A program made the position numbers and the translations under genes. Below the pieces are notes generated by a model that saw only the letters and a program-made list of their open reading frames with translations, was not told the origin of the DNA and did no database searches. Source: Auanema rhodensis (lineage: Eukaryota > Animalia > Nematoda). Taken from it: a DNA stretch of 64,000 nt. Positions within the stretch are counted from its first letter, which is position 1. Each line of letters starts with the position of its first letter. Of this stretch, positions 27,034 to 38,541 are shown one piece after another. The DNA is taken from the NCBI GenBank assembly GCA_964057225.1, contig OZ059898.1, forward strand, positions 11,284,001-11,348,000. The letters run 5' to 3'.

Positions 27034-30000
27034 GATCCCTTTTGATCTTATTCCAAAAAGTACGAGATCATTGCGTCTATCACTTGAACTGTGAAGTATA
27101 TTCCCTCTACAAGCAGTCATGTCCGAGTGGTTAAGGAGATTGACTAGAAATCAATTGGGCTCTGCCCGCGTAGGTTCGAATCCTGCTGACTGCGAATATT
27201 TTGCATGAGAAATCAACTTTTTGATCCCATTTGATCTAATTCCAATAAGTACGAGAACATTGCGTCTATCACTTTAACTGTAAAGTATATTCCTTCTACA
27301 AGCAGTCATGTCCGAGTGGTTAAGGAGATTGACTAGAAATCAATTGGGCTCTGCCCGCGTAGGTTCGAATCCTGCTGACTGCGAATATTTTGCATGAGAA
27401 ATCCATTTTTTGATCCTTTTTGATCTAATTCCAATAAGTACGAGATCCTTGCGTCTATCACTTTAACTGTAAAGTATATTCCTTCTACAAGCAGTCATGT
27501 CCGAGTGGTTAAGGAGATTGACTAGAAATCAATTGGGCTCTGCCCGCGTAGGTTCGAATCCTGCTGACTGCGAATATTTTGCATGAGAAATCCATTTTTT
27601 GATCCTTTTTGATCTAATTCCAATAAGTACGAGATCATTGCGTCTATCACTTTAACTGTAAAGTATATTCCCTCTACAAGCAGTCATGTCCGAGTGGTTA
27701 AGGAGATTGACTAGAAATCAATTGGGCTCTGCCCGCGTAGGTTCGAATCCTGCTGACTGCGAATATTTTGCATGAGAAATCCATTTTTTGATCCTTTTTG
27801 ATCTAATTCCAATAAGTACGAGATCATTGCGTCTATCACTTTAACTGTAAAGTATATTCCCTCTACAAGCAGTCATGTCCGAGTGGTTAAGGAGATTGAC
27901 TAGAAATCAATTGGGCTCTGCCCGCGTAGGTTCGAATCCTGCTGACTGCGAATATTTTGCATGAGAAATCCATTTTTTGATCCTTTTTGATCTAATTCCA
28001 ATAAGTACGAGATCATGGCGTCTATCACTTTAACTGTAAAGTATATTCCTTCTACAAGCAGTCATGTCCGAGTGGTTAAGGAGATTGACTAGAAATCAAT
28101 TGGGCTCTGCCCGCGTAGGTTCGAATCCTGCTGACTGCGAATATTTTGCATGAGAAATCCATTTTTTGATCCTTTTTGATCTAATTCCAATAAGTACGAG
28201 ATCATTGCGTCTATCACTTTAACTGTAAAGTATATTCCCTCTACAAGCAGTCATGTCCGAGTGGTTAAGGAGATTGACTAGAAATCAATTGGGCTCTGCC
28301 CGCGTAGGTTCGAATCCTGCTGACTGCGAATATTTTGCATGAGAAATCAACTTTTTGATCCCATTTGATCTAATTCCAATAAGTACGAGAACATTGCGTC
28401 TATCACTTTAACTGTAAAGTATATTCCTTCTACAAGCAGTCATGTCCGAGTGGTTAAGGAGATTGACTAGAAATCAATTGGGCTCTGCCCGCGTAGGTTC
28501 GAATCCTGCTGACTGCGAATATTTTGCATGAGAAATCAATTTTTTGATCCTTTTTGATCTAATTCCAATAAGTACGAGATCATGGCGTCTATCACTTTAA
28601 CTGTAAAGTATATTCCTTCTACAAGCAGTCATGTCCGAGTGGTTAAGGAGATTGACTAGAAATCAATTGGGCTCTGCCCGCGTAGGTTCGAATCCTGCTG
28701 ACTGCGAATATTTTGCATGAGAAATGAATTTTTTGATCCCTTTTGATCTTATTCCAAAAAGTACGAGATCATTGCGTCTATCACTTGAACTGTGAAGTAT
28801 ATTCCTTCTACAAGCAGTCATGTCCGAGTGGTTAAGGAGATTGACTAGAAATCAATTGGGCTCTGCCCGCGTAGGTTCGAATCCTGCTGACTGCGAATAT
28901 TTTGCATGAGAAATCAATTTTTTGATCCTTTTTGATCTAATTCCAATAAGTACGAGATCATTGCGTCTATCACTTTAACTGTAAAGTATATTCCCTCTAC
29001 AAGCAGTCATGTCCGAGTGGTTAAGGAGATTGACTAGAAATCAATTGGGCTCTGCCCGCGTAGGTTCGAATCCTGCTGACTGCGAATATTTTGCATGAGA
29101 AATCAACTTTTTGATCCCATTTGATCTAATTCCAATAAGTACGAGAACATTGCGTCTATCACTTTAACTGTAAAGTATATTCCTTCTACAAGCAGTCATG
29201 TCCGAGTGGTTAAGGAGATTGACTAGAAATCAATTGGGCTCTGCCCGCGTAGGTTCGAATCCTGCTGACTGCGAATATTTTGCATGAGAAATCCATTTTT
29301 TGATCCTTTTTGATCTAATTCCAATAAGTACGAGATCATTGCGTCTATCACTTTAACTGTAAAGTATATTCCCTCTACAAGCAGTCATGTCCGAGTGGTT
29401 AAGGAGATTGACTAGAAATCAATTGGGCTCTGCCCGCGTAGGTTCGAATCCTGCTGACTGCGAATATTTTGCATGAGAAATCCATTTTTTGATCCTTTTT
29501 GATCTAATTCCAATAAGTACGAGATCATGGCGTCTATCACTTTAACTGTAAAGTATATTCCTTCTACAAGCAGTCATGTCCGAGTGGTTAAGGAGATTGA
29601 CTAGAAATCAATTGGGCTCTGCCCGCGTAGGTTCGAATCCTGCTGACTGCGAATATTTTGCATGAGAAATCCATTTTTTGATCCTTTTTGATCTAATTCC
29701 AATAAGTACGAGATCATTGCGTCTATCACTTTAACTGTAAAGTATATTCCCTCTACAAGCAGTCATGTCCGAGTGGTTAAGGAGATTGACTAGAAATCAA
29801 TTGGGCTCTGCCCGCGTAGGTTCGAATCCTGCTGACTGCGAATATTTTGCATGAGAAATCAACTTTTTGATCCCATTTGATCTAATTCCAATAAGTACGA
29901 GAACATTGCGTCTATCACTTTAACTGTAAAGTATATTCCTTCTACAAGCAGTCATGTCCGAGTGGTTAAGGAGATTGACTAGAAATCAATTGGGCTCTGC

Positions 30001-32818
30001 CCGCGTAGGTTCGAATCCTGCTGACTGCGAATATTTTGCATGAGAAATCCATTTTTTGATCCTTTTTGATCTAATTCCAATAAGTACGAGATCCTTGCGT
30101 CTATCACTTGAACTGTGAAGTATATTCCTTCTACAAGCAGTCATGTCCGAGTGGTTAAGGAGATTGACTAGAAATCAATTGGGCTCTGCCCGCGTAGGTT
30201 CGAATCCTGCTGACTGCGAATATTTTGCATGAGAAATCAATTTTTTGATCCTTTTTGATCTAATTCCAATAAGTACGAGATCATGGCGTCTATCACTTTA
30301 ACTGTAAAGTATATTCCTTCTACAAGCAGTCATGTCCGAGTGGTTAAGGAGATTGACTAGAAATCAATTGGGCTCTGCCCGCGTAGGTTCGAATCCTGCT
30401 GACTGCGAATATTTTGCATGAGAAATGAATTTTTTGATCCCTTTTGATCTTATTCCAAAAAGTACGAGATCATTGCGTCTATCACTTGAACTGTGAAGTA
30501 TATTCCTTCTACAAGCAGTCATGTCCGAGTGGTTAAGGAGATTGACTAGAAATCAATTGGGCTCTGCCCGCGTAGGTTCGAATCCTGCTGACTGCGAATA
30601 TTTTGCATGAGAAATCAATTTTTTGATCCTTTTTGATCTAATTCCAATAAGTACGAGATCATTGCGTCTATCACTTTAACTGTAAAGTATATTCCCTCTA
30701 CAAGCAGTCATGTCCGAGTGGTTAAGGAGATTGACTAGAAATCAATTGGGCTCTGCCCGCGTAGGTTCGAATCCTGCTGACTGCGAATATTTTGCATGAG
30801 AAATCAACTTTTTGATCCCATTTGATCTAATTCCAATAAGTACGAGAACATTGCGTCTATCACTTTAACTGTAAAGTATATTCCTTCTACAAGCAGTCAT
30901 GTCCGAGTGGTTAAGGAGATTGACTAGAAATCAATTGGGCTCTGCCCGCGTAGGTTCGAATCCTGCTGACTGCGAATATTTTGCATGAGAAATCAATTTT
31001 TTGATCCTTTTTGATCTAATTCCAATAAGTACGAGATCATTGCGTCTATCACTTTAACTGTAAAGTATATTCCCTCTACAAGCAGTCATGTCCGAGTGGT
31101 TAAGGAGATTGACTAGAAATCAATTGGGCTCTGCCCGCGTAGGTTCGAATCCTGCTGACTGCGAATATTTTGCATGAGAAATCCATTTTTTGATCCTTTT
31201 TGATCTAATTCCAATAAGTACGAGATCATTGCGTCTATCACTTTAACTGTAAAGTATATTCCCTCTACAAGCAGTCATGTCCGAGTGGTTAAGGAGATTG
31301 ACTAGAAATCAATTGGGCTCTGCCCGCGTAGGTTCGAATCCTGCTGACTGCGAATATTTTGCATGAGAAATCAATTTTTTGATCCTTTTTGATCTAATTC
31401 CAATAAGTACGAGATCATTGCGTCTATCACTTTAACTGTAAAGTATATTCCCTCTACAAGCAGTCATGTCCGAGTGGTTAAGGAGATTGACTAGAAATCA
31501 ATTGGGCTCTGCCCGCGTAGGTTCGAATCCTGCTGACTGCGAATATTTTGCATGAGAAATCCATTTTTTGATCCTTTTTGATCTAATTCCAATAAGTACG
31601 AGAACATTGCGTCTATCACTTTAACTGTAAAGTATATTCCTTCTACAAGCAGTCATGTCCGAGTGGTTAAGGAGATTGACTAGAAATCAATTGGGCTCTG
31701 CCCGCGTAGGTTCGAATCCTGCTGACTGCGAATATTTTGCATGAGAAATCCATTTTTTGATCCTTTTTGATCTAATTCCAATAAGTACGAGATCATGGCG
31801 TCTATCACTTTAACTGTAAAGTATATTCCCTCTACAAGCAGTCATGTCCGAGTGGTTAAGGAGATTGACTAGAAATCAATTGGGCTCTGCCCGCGTAGGT
31901 TCGAATCCTGCTGACTGCGAATATTTTGCATGAGAAATCCATTTTTTGATCCTTTTTGATCTAATTCCAATAAGTACGAGATCATGGCGTCTATCACTTT
32001 AACTGTAAAGTATATTCCTTCTACAAGCAGTCATGTCCGAGTGGTTAAGGAGATTGACTAGAAATCAATTGGGCTCTGCCCGCGTAGGTTCGAATCGTGC
32101 TGACTGCGAATATTTTGCATGAGAAATCAACTTTTTGATCACATTTGATCTAATTCCAATAAGTACGAGATCATTGCGTCTATCACTTTAACTGTAAAGT
32201 ATATTCCTTCTACAAGCAGTCATGTCCGAGTGGTTAAGGAGATTGACTAGAAATCAATTGGGCTCTGCCCGCGTAGGTTCGAATCCTGCTGACTGCGAAT
32301 ATTTTGCATGAGAAATCAATTTTTTGATCCTTTTTGATCTAATTCCAATAAGTACGAGATCATGGCGTCTATCACTTTAACTGTAAAGTATATTCCTTCT
32401 GCAAGCAGTCATGTCCGAGTGGTTAAGGAGATTGACTAGAAATCAATTGGGCTCTGCCCGCGTAGGTTCGGGGTGGCGGACGTTTCGTCGTCTCTAGTTT
32501 GTGAACTAGTTCAGGCTGATCATTAGAGGGCAAACTTTATGATAATGTGCTGACAAGTGCCAGTGTTCATGTAACTCGGGGTGCTATTAAAGCTATAAAT
32601 CTATAGAATTCAGTTATAAGTGGCTACATACCTTGAAGTGCCATCAAAATATAAATTGAAAAAAGCAGAAATTAAAATAAACATACAGTTCTATCAACCA
32701 GGCTATCATCAAACAGTTTCAAGTCAACAGTTACGTGAGTTCATAGTAATAGTTGTTAGTTTATCTTTTCTTTCGATAAGTTTGCTTATTCACACTTTCT
32801 CATCTTTTCTCGTTCATC

Positions 32819-34885
32819 ATGATTTTTCCTTCTACTTTCTGTCCATTTTCTCTGATGATTAACGCTCAGGGTAAATCTGTTCTTGTTTCTCAGCCTTTTG
32901 ATAATGTTCCTTCGGAGAACATAACTATCTTTTTTAATAATTCTTCGGTAAATACTCAGAATCTTGAAGTTTATTCAAATGATGTAACTTCACTCTCATT
33001 TTTGAATTTCACTCTTCCATCTTTTAATATCCCTCCATTGAGGCAGCAAAATGTTAATTTTGCTTCTGCTCTTTCTCTAGCAAATTCATCTGCGGCATCT
33101 TCTTCAGTTGAATCTGTTGCTACAGTTACTGTTCCTACTGTCAACAGCGTTCCACTGTTCTCTTCTTCTACTTCACATCTTTCTATTCAGCCTTCTTCTT
33201 CTTCTTCTGCCGTTCATTCTTCACCGTCATCTTCTCTTTCTTCTTCTCCTCCTTCTGTTTCCTCTCCTTCTTTACCTGTTCTCTCTCCTTCTTCTTCTGT
33301 TCCCTCTCCTTCTTCTTCTGTTCCCTCTCCTTCTTCTTCTGTTCCCTCTCCTTCTTCTTCTGTTCCCTCTCCTTCTTCTTCATTTTCTTCGCAATCTGCA
33401 AATCCTAACTCATACGCCGCTCTCATTGCGCCTTCTAAGCAGGGTGTACACCCCTGTTTAGAATATAAATTTGAAAACTTGCTGTATCGCTACCAATTCA
33501 GTAGTAAAAGTTCTCAAAAAGCTTATTCTATTTATCGTTGCACAGGTTGTAAACATTTGGGTAAATACACTTCTATCAAAGTAGAAAATAATGTATTTCT
33601 CGAAAATCCTATTGCTCAAAACTATCATTGTGATCCATTTTTGTTTTCTATTAACAAATGCAAAAATATCACATACTCTCTAACTCAGAATATCAAAAGT
33701 TCAGACTCATGTTTTGAGATGAAAGCATATTCCTTATTTGTCAATGAAATAAAAAAAATATTTCATGAATCTGAGTTAGAAGAGCATGAAAAGCAAGAAG
33801 TTACCTCTGCTTGGTTTCATGGTGGCTATGACAGTAGACGTAGAGCTATTACAAGGGCTTTAAGTTCTCGTAAAGACTTAAGAACATCCATGACCAATGT
33901 TCCTCTGTCTCTGTCTAAAACTATCAATGGTCGTACGTTCTTGCATTTTCATGACAGCGAGTTTCATTTGTATTTCGATACATTTTGTTTGGAACTAGCT
34001 GTTCAGCATGGTTTAACTCATTTGCTTGGGGACGGTTGTTTCAAATACCAGCCTTTGGATATGGAACAAACATATACCATCATGGGCGGTTGCAGAAATG
34101 GAACAACTGTACCTCTTTTCTATTCCATTTTAAAAAATAAGAGTAGGTTCACTTATAGAAGGCTTCTTCAACATATTGCACTAGCTCTCTCCAACGTTGG
34201 TTGCATAGTTGAAAACCTTATTTTTATCTGTGATTTTGAGATCGCTGTAATAAGGGAAGCTGAAACTATTTTTAATTCTGTTCAAGGATGTGCATTTCAT
34301 TATGCTCAGAGCTTGAACAGACGGTCTCTTCAACTGGGTTTGACACAAGCAGAGAAGCAATCCATTGAAATCAAACAATGGCATGGTCGGCTGCTGGGCT
34401 TGCTCTTCCTTCAAACTGATCTTATCTCACGGTCCGGGTTACTCAATTCTCCTGTTTCTTCTGATCATCCATCATATTCTTCTTGTCTTCAAATGATCAG
34501 TTATGTGAATGAAACATGGATTGAAGGACCTTTGCGACATTATTGGAACAAATGGGACATAAAACAGTTTCGTACATCTAATAATGTTGAATCTTTTCAC
34601 CGTAAAATGAAGACTATTTTATCTTGCTCTCATCCTCCTCTTTCTGAATTAATTACTTTTTTTCATGGTGAAAATTTGATGGCTAATCATGTCCTGATCG
34701 CTTTGTCATCGAATGTTGAGCCTGCCAGGAAAAAAAGAAAAAACGTAATTGAGAGGCAACAACGGATTGAGGTTCAGTTTGAAAACTTTAGGAGCATCTC
34801 CAATAACCGACTGCCTAATCAGCAAGAAATAATAGCATATGTCGAGGAGATGGCGAAGTTTAACACCAGAAAATCTTATTTTTGA
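32819..34885 (+). CDS. MULE DDE transposase with Ser/Pro-rich N-terminus (688 aa)
   Basis: Catalytic motifs GDGCF (D), CDFE (D), GCAFHY (CxxH), RTSNNVESFH (E); upstream YRCTGC...HC zinc-binding-like motif; basic RKKRK. True start codon uncertain. Confidence 0.9.
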   Translation: MIFPSTFCPFSLMINAQGKSVLVSQPFDNVPSENITIFFNNSSVNTQNLEVYSNDVTSLSFLNFTLPSFNIPPLRQQNVNFASALSLANSSAASSSVESVATVTVPTVNSVPLFSSSTSHLSIQPSSSSSAVHSSPSSSLSSSPPSVSSPSLPVLSPSSSVPSPSSSVPSPSSSVPSPSSSVPSPSSSFSSQSANPNSYAALIAPSKQGVHPCLEYKFENLLYRYQFSSKSSQKAYSIYRCTGCKHLGKYTSIKVENNVFLENPIAQNYHCDPFLFSINKCKNITYSLTQNIKSSDSCFEMKAYSLFVNEIKKIFHESELEEHEKQEVTSAWFHGGYDSRRRAITRALSSRKDLRTSMTNVPLSLSKTINGRTFLHFHDSEFHLYFDTFCLELAVQHGLTHLLGDGCFKYQPLDMEQTYTIMGGCRNGTTVPLFYSILKNKSRFTYRRLLQHIALALSNVGCIVENLIFICDFEIAVIREAETIFNSVQGCAFHYAQSLNRRSLQLGLTQAEKQSIEIKQWHGRLLGLLFLQTDLISRSGLLNSPVSSDHPSYSSCLQMISYVNETWIEGPLRHYWNKWDIKQFRTSNNVESFHRKMKTILSCSHPPLSELITFFHGENLMANHVLIALSSNVEPARKKRKNVIERQQRIEVQFENFRSISNNRLPNQQEIIAYVEEMAKFNTRKSYF
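33284..33381 (+). repeat. Coding 21-bp minisatellite TCTCCTTCTTCTTCTGTTCCC (SPSSSVP), about 4.7 units
   Basis: Directly visible; copy 2 has one unit fewer (36713-36789). Confidence 0.95.
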
Positions 34886-35124
34886 ATCATTTAACTTGAA
34901 AAACTAAACTCTAATAAATTTTTTGAACCATATCTTTTTTTTCTAACACAAAAACCTCCTTGCCGTTTAGATTGAAAACCTTGATTTTTTATGAACTGTT
35001 TAAGTTTTTGGGTAATTTTTAGAAGTCTAAACGACCAAAAACTGAGAGTACAACACGTGTGGTATAATTTACGACCGTTATGTTTGCTGGGGAGAGGTTG
35101 TAAAAATAGGAGACGACGAAACGT

Positions 35125-35899
35125 CTCTGCCCGCGTAGGTTCGAATCCTGCTGACTGCGAATATTTTGCATGAGAAATCAACTTTTTGATCCCATTTGAT
35201 CTAATTTCAATAAGTACGAGATCATTGCGTCTATCACTTTAACTGTAAAGTATATTCCTTCTACAAGCAGTCATGTCCGAGTGGTTAAGGAGATTGACTA
35301 GAAATCAATTGGGCTCTGCCCGCGTAGGTTCGAATCCTGCTGACTGCGAATATTTTGCATGATAAATCAATTTTTTGATGCTTTTTGATCTAATTCCTAT
35401 ATGTACGAAATCATTGCGTCTATCACTTTAACTGTAAAGTATATTCCTTCTACAAGCAGTCATGTCCGAGTGGTTAAGGAGATTGACTAGAAATCAATTG
35501 GGCTCTGCCCGCGTAGGTTCGAATCCTGCTGACTGCGAATATTTTGCATGATAAATCAATTTTTTGATCCTTTTTGATCTTATTCCAAAAAGTACGAGAT
35601 CATTGCGTCTATCACTTGAACTGTATAGTATATTCCTTCTACAAGCAGTCATGTCCGAGTGGTTAAGGAGATTGACTAGAAATCAATTGGGCTCTGCCCG
35701 CGTAGGTTCGAATCCTGCTGACTGCGAATATTTTGCATGAGAAATCAATTTTTTGATCCTTTTTGATCTAATTCCAATAAGTACGAGATCATGGCGTCTA
35801 TCACTTTAACTGTAAAGTATATTCCTTCTGCAAGCAGTCATGTCCGAGTGGTTAAGGAGATTGACTAGAAATCAATTGGGCTCTGCCCGCGTAGGTTCG
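35125..35899 (+). repeat. tRNA-Ser(AGA) array block B: 3' fragment, 3 full-length genes, 5' fragment
   Basis: Fragment nt 48-82 at 35125-35159; full genes start at 35267, 35456 and 35645; fragment nt 1-66 at 35834-35899. Confidence 0.95.
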
Positions 35900-38541
35900 G
35901 GGTGGCGGACGTTTCGTCGTCTCTAGTTTGTGAACTAGTTCAGGCTGATCATTAGAGGGCAAACTTTATGATAATGTGCTGACAAGTGTCAGTGTTCATG
36001 TAACTCGGGGTGCTATTAAAGCTATAAATCTATAGAATTCAGTTATAAGTGGCTACATACCTTGAAGTGCCATCAAAATATAAATTGAAAAAAGCAGAAA
36101 TTAAAATAAACATACAGTTCTATCAACCAGGCTATCATCAAACAGTTTCAAGTCAACAGTTACGTGAGTTCATAGTAATAGTTGTTAGTTTATCTTTTCT
36201 TTCGATAAGTTTGCTTATTCACACTTTCTCATCTTTTCTCGTTCATCATGATTTTTCCTTCTACTTTCTGTCCATTTTCTCTGATGATTAACGCTCAGGG
36301 TAAATCTGTTCTTGTTTCTCAGCCTTTTGATAATGTTCCTTCGGAGAACATAACTATCTTTTTTAATAATTCTTCGGTAAATACTCAGAATCTTGAAGTT
36401 TATTCAAATGATGTAACTTCACTCTCATTTTTGAATTTCACTCTTCCATCTTTTAATATCCCTCCATTGAGGCAGCAAAATGTTAATTTTGCTTCTGCTC
36501 TTTCTCTAGCAAATTCATCTGCGGCATCTTCTTCAGTTGAATCTGTTGCTACAGTTACTGTTCCTACTGTCAACAGCGTTCCACTGTTCTCTTCTTCTAC
36601 TTCACATCTTTCTATTCAGCCTTCTTCTTCTTCTTCTGCCGTTCATTCTTCACCGTCATCTTCTCTTTCTTCTTCTCCTCCTTCTGTTTCCTCTCCTTCT
36701 TTACCTGTTCTCTCTCCTTCTTCTTCTGTTCCCTCTCCTTCTTCTTCTGTTCCCTCTCCTTCTTCTTCTGTTCCCTCTCCTTCTTCTTCATTTTCTTCGC
36801 AATCTGCAAATCCTAACTCATACGCCGCTCTCATTGCGCCTTCTAAGCAGGGTGTACACCCCTGTTTAGAATATAAATTTGAAAACTTGCTGTATCGCTA
36901 CCAATTCAGTAGTAAAAGTTCTCAAAAAGCTTATTCTATTTATCGTTGCACAGGTTGTAAACATTTGGGTAAATACACTTCTATCAAAGTAGAAAATAAT
37001 GTATTTCTCGAAAATCCTATTGCTCAAAACTATCATTGTGATCCATTTTTGTTTTCTATTAACAAATGCAAAAATATCACATACTCTCTAACTCAGAATA
37101 TCAAAAGTTCAGACTCATGTTTTGAGATGAAAGCATATTCCTTATTTGTCAATGAAATAAAAAAAATATTTCATGAATCTGAGTTAGAAGAGCATGAAAA
37201 GCAAGAAGTTTCCTCTGCTTGGTTTCATGGTGGCTATGACAGTAGACGTAGAGCTATTACAAGGGCTTTAAGTTCTCGTAAAGACTTAAGAACATCCATG
37301 ACCAATGTTCCTCTGTCTCTGTCTAAAACTATCAATGGTCGTACGTTCTTGCATTTTCATGACAGCGAGTTTCATTTGTATTTCGATACATTTTGTTTGG
37401 AACTAGCTGTTCAGCATGGTTTAACTCATTTGCTTGGGGACGGTTGTTTCAAATACCAGCCTTTGGATATGGAACAAACATATACCATCATGGGCGGTTG
37501 CAGAAATGGAACAACTGTACCTCTTTTCTATTCCATTTTAAAAAATAAGAGTAGGTTCACTTATAGAAGGCTTCTTCAACATATTGCACTAGCTCTCTCC
37601 AACGTTGGTTGCATAGTTGAAAACCTTATTTTTATCTGTGATTTTGAGATCGCTGTAATAAGGGAAGCTGAAACTATTTTTAATTCTGTTCAAGGATGTG
37701 CATTTCATTATGCTCAGAGCTTGAACAGACGGTTTCTTCAACTGGGTTTGACACAAGCAGAGAAGCAATCCATTGAAATCAAACAATGGCATGGTCGGCT
37801 GCTGGGCTTGCTCTTCCTTCAAACTGATCTTATCTCACGGTCCGGGTTACTCAATTCTCCTGTTTCTTCTGATCATCCATCATATTCTTCTTGTCTTCAA
37901 ATGATCAGTTATGTGAATGAAACATGGATTGAAGGACCTTTGCGACATTATTGGAGCAAATGGGACATAAAACAGTTTCGTACATCTAATAATGTTGAAT
38001 CTTTTCACCGTAAAATGAAGACTATTTTATCTTGCTCTCATCCTCCTCTTTCTGAATTAATTACTTTTTTTCATGGTGAAAATTTGATGGCTAATCATGT
38101 CCTGATCGCTTTGTCATCGAATGTTGAGCCTGCCAGGAAAAAAAGAAAAAACGTAATTGAGAGGCAACAACGGATTGAGGTTCAGTTTGAAAACTTTAGG
38201 AGCATCTCCAATAACCGACTGCCTAATCAGCAAGAAATAATAGCATATGTCGAGGAGATGGCGAAGTTTAACACCAGAAAATCTTATTTTTGAATCATTT
38301 AACTTGAAAAACTAAACTCTAATAAATTTTTTGAACCATACCTTTTTTTTCTAACACAAAAACCTCCTTGCCGTTTAGATTGAAAACCTTGATTTTTTAT
38401 GAACTGTTTAAGTTTTTGGGTAATTTTTAGAAGTCTAAACGACCAAAAACTGAGAGTACAACACGTGTGGTATAATTTACGACCGTTAGGCTTGCTGGGG
38501 AGAGGTTGTAAAAATAGGAGACGACGAAACGTCTCAGACCC
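35900..38541 (+). mobile_element. Mutator/MULE DNA transposon, copy 2 (2642 bp, both 24-bp TIRs present)
   Basis: Left GGGTGGCGGACGTTTCGTCGTCTC versus reverse complement of the right end GGGTCTGAGACGTTTCGTCGTCTC (20/24 identical). No TSD because the two flanks are tRNA fragments of opposite orientation. Confidence 0.93.
36248..38293 (+). CDS. MULE DDE transposase (681 aa)
   Basis: Same motifs as copy 1; differs by a 7-aa repeat indel and T>S, S>F, N>S substitutions. Confidence 0.9.
   Translation: MIFPSTFCPFSLMINAQGKSVLVSQPFDNVPSENITIFFNNSSVNTQNLEVYSNDVTSLSFLNFTLPSFNIPPLRQQNVNFASALSLANSSAASSSVESVATVTVPTVNSVPLFSSSTSHLSIQPSSSSSAVHSSPSSSLSSSPPSVSSPSLPVLSPSSSVPSPSSSVPSPSSSVPSPSSSFSSQSANPNSYAALIAPSKQGVHPCLEYKFENLLYRYQFSSKSSQKAYSIYRCTGCKHLGKYTSIKVENNVFLENPIAQNYHCDPFLFSINKCKNITYSLTQNIKSSDSCFEMKAYSLFVNEIKKIFHESELEEHEKQEVSSAWFHGGYDSRRRAITRALSSRKDLRTSMTNVPLSLSKTINGRTFLHFHDSEFHLYFDTFCLELAVQHGLTHLLGDGCFKYQPLDMEQTYTIMGGCRNGTTVPLFYSILKNKSRFTYRRLLQHIALALSNVGCIVENLIFICDFEIAVIREAETIFNSVQGCAFHYAQSLNRRFLQLGLTQAEKQSIEIKQWHGRLLGLLFLQTDLISRSGLLNSPVSSDHPSYSSCLQMISYVNETWIEGPLRHYWSKWDIKQFRTSNNVESFHRKMKTILSCSHPPLSELITFFHGENLMANHVLIALSSNVEPARKKRKNVIERQQRIEVQFENFRSISNNRLPNQQEIIAYVEEMAKFNTRKSYF

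Larger units (their letters stand above)
26887..32470 (+). repeat. tRNA-Ser(AGA) array block A: 29 full-length genes plus one interrupted, 189-bp period
   Basis: tRNA starts at 26924+189n up to 32405; the last copy is cut after tRNA nt 66 by the MULE. Confidence 0.97.
32471..35127 (+). mobile_element. Mutator/MULE DNA transposon, copy 1 (right TIR lacks its terminal 6 bp)
   Basis: Left end GGGTGGCGGACGTTTCGTCGTCTC; right end GAGACGACGAAACGTCTC runs straight into tRNA sequence. Single transposase ORF. Confidence 0.92.

Noticed and set aside
32620-32862. 80-aa ORF upstream of the transposase (also 36049-36291)
   Set aside because: Non-ATG start and no recognisable motif; unsupported.
33108-33461. 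Leu-rich, Lys/Glu-rich and Glu/Gly-rich ORFs overlapping the MULE repeat (also at 36537-36869)
   Set aside because: Alternative-frame shadows of the TCT-rich low-complexity tract.
32452-35143. 19-bp TSD or Dada-type element
   Set aside because: Copy 2 shows the real right end (...CTCAGACCC), so the long duplication is secondary. Transposase motifs and TIRs are Mutator-type.
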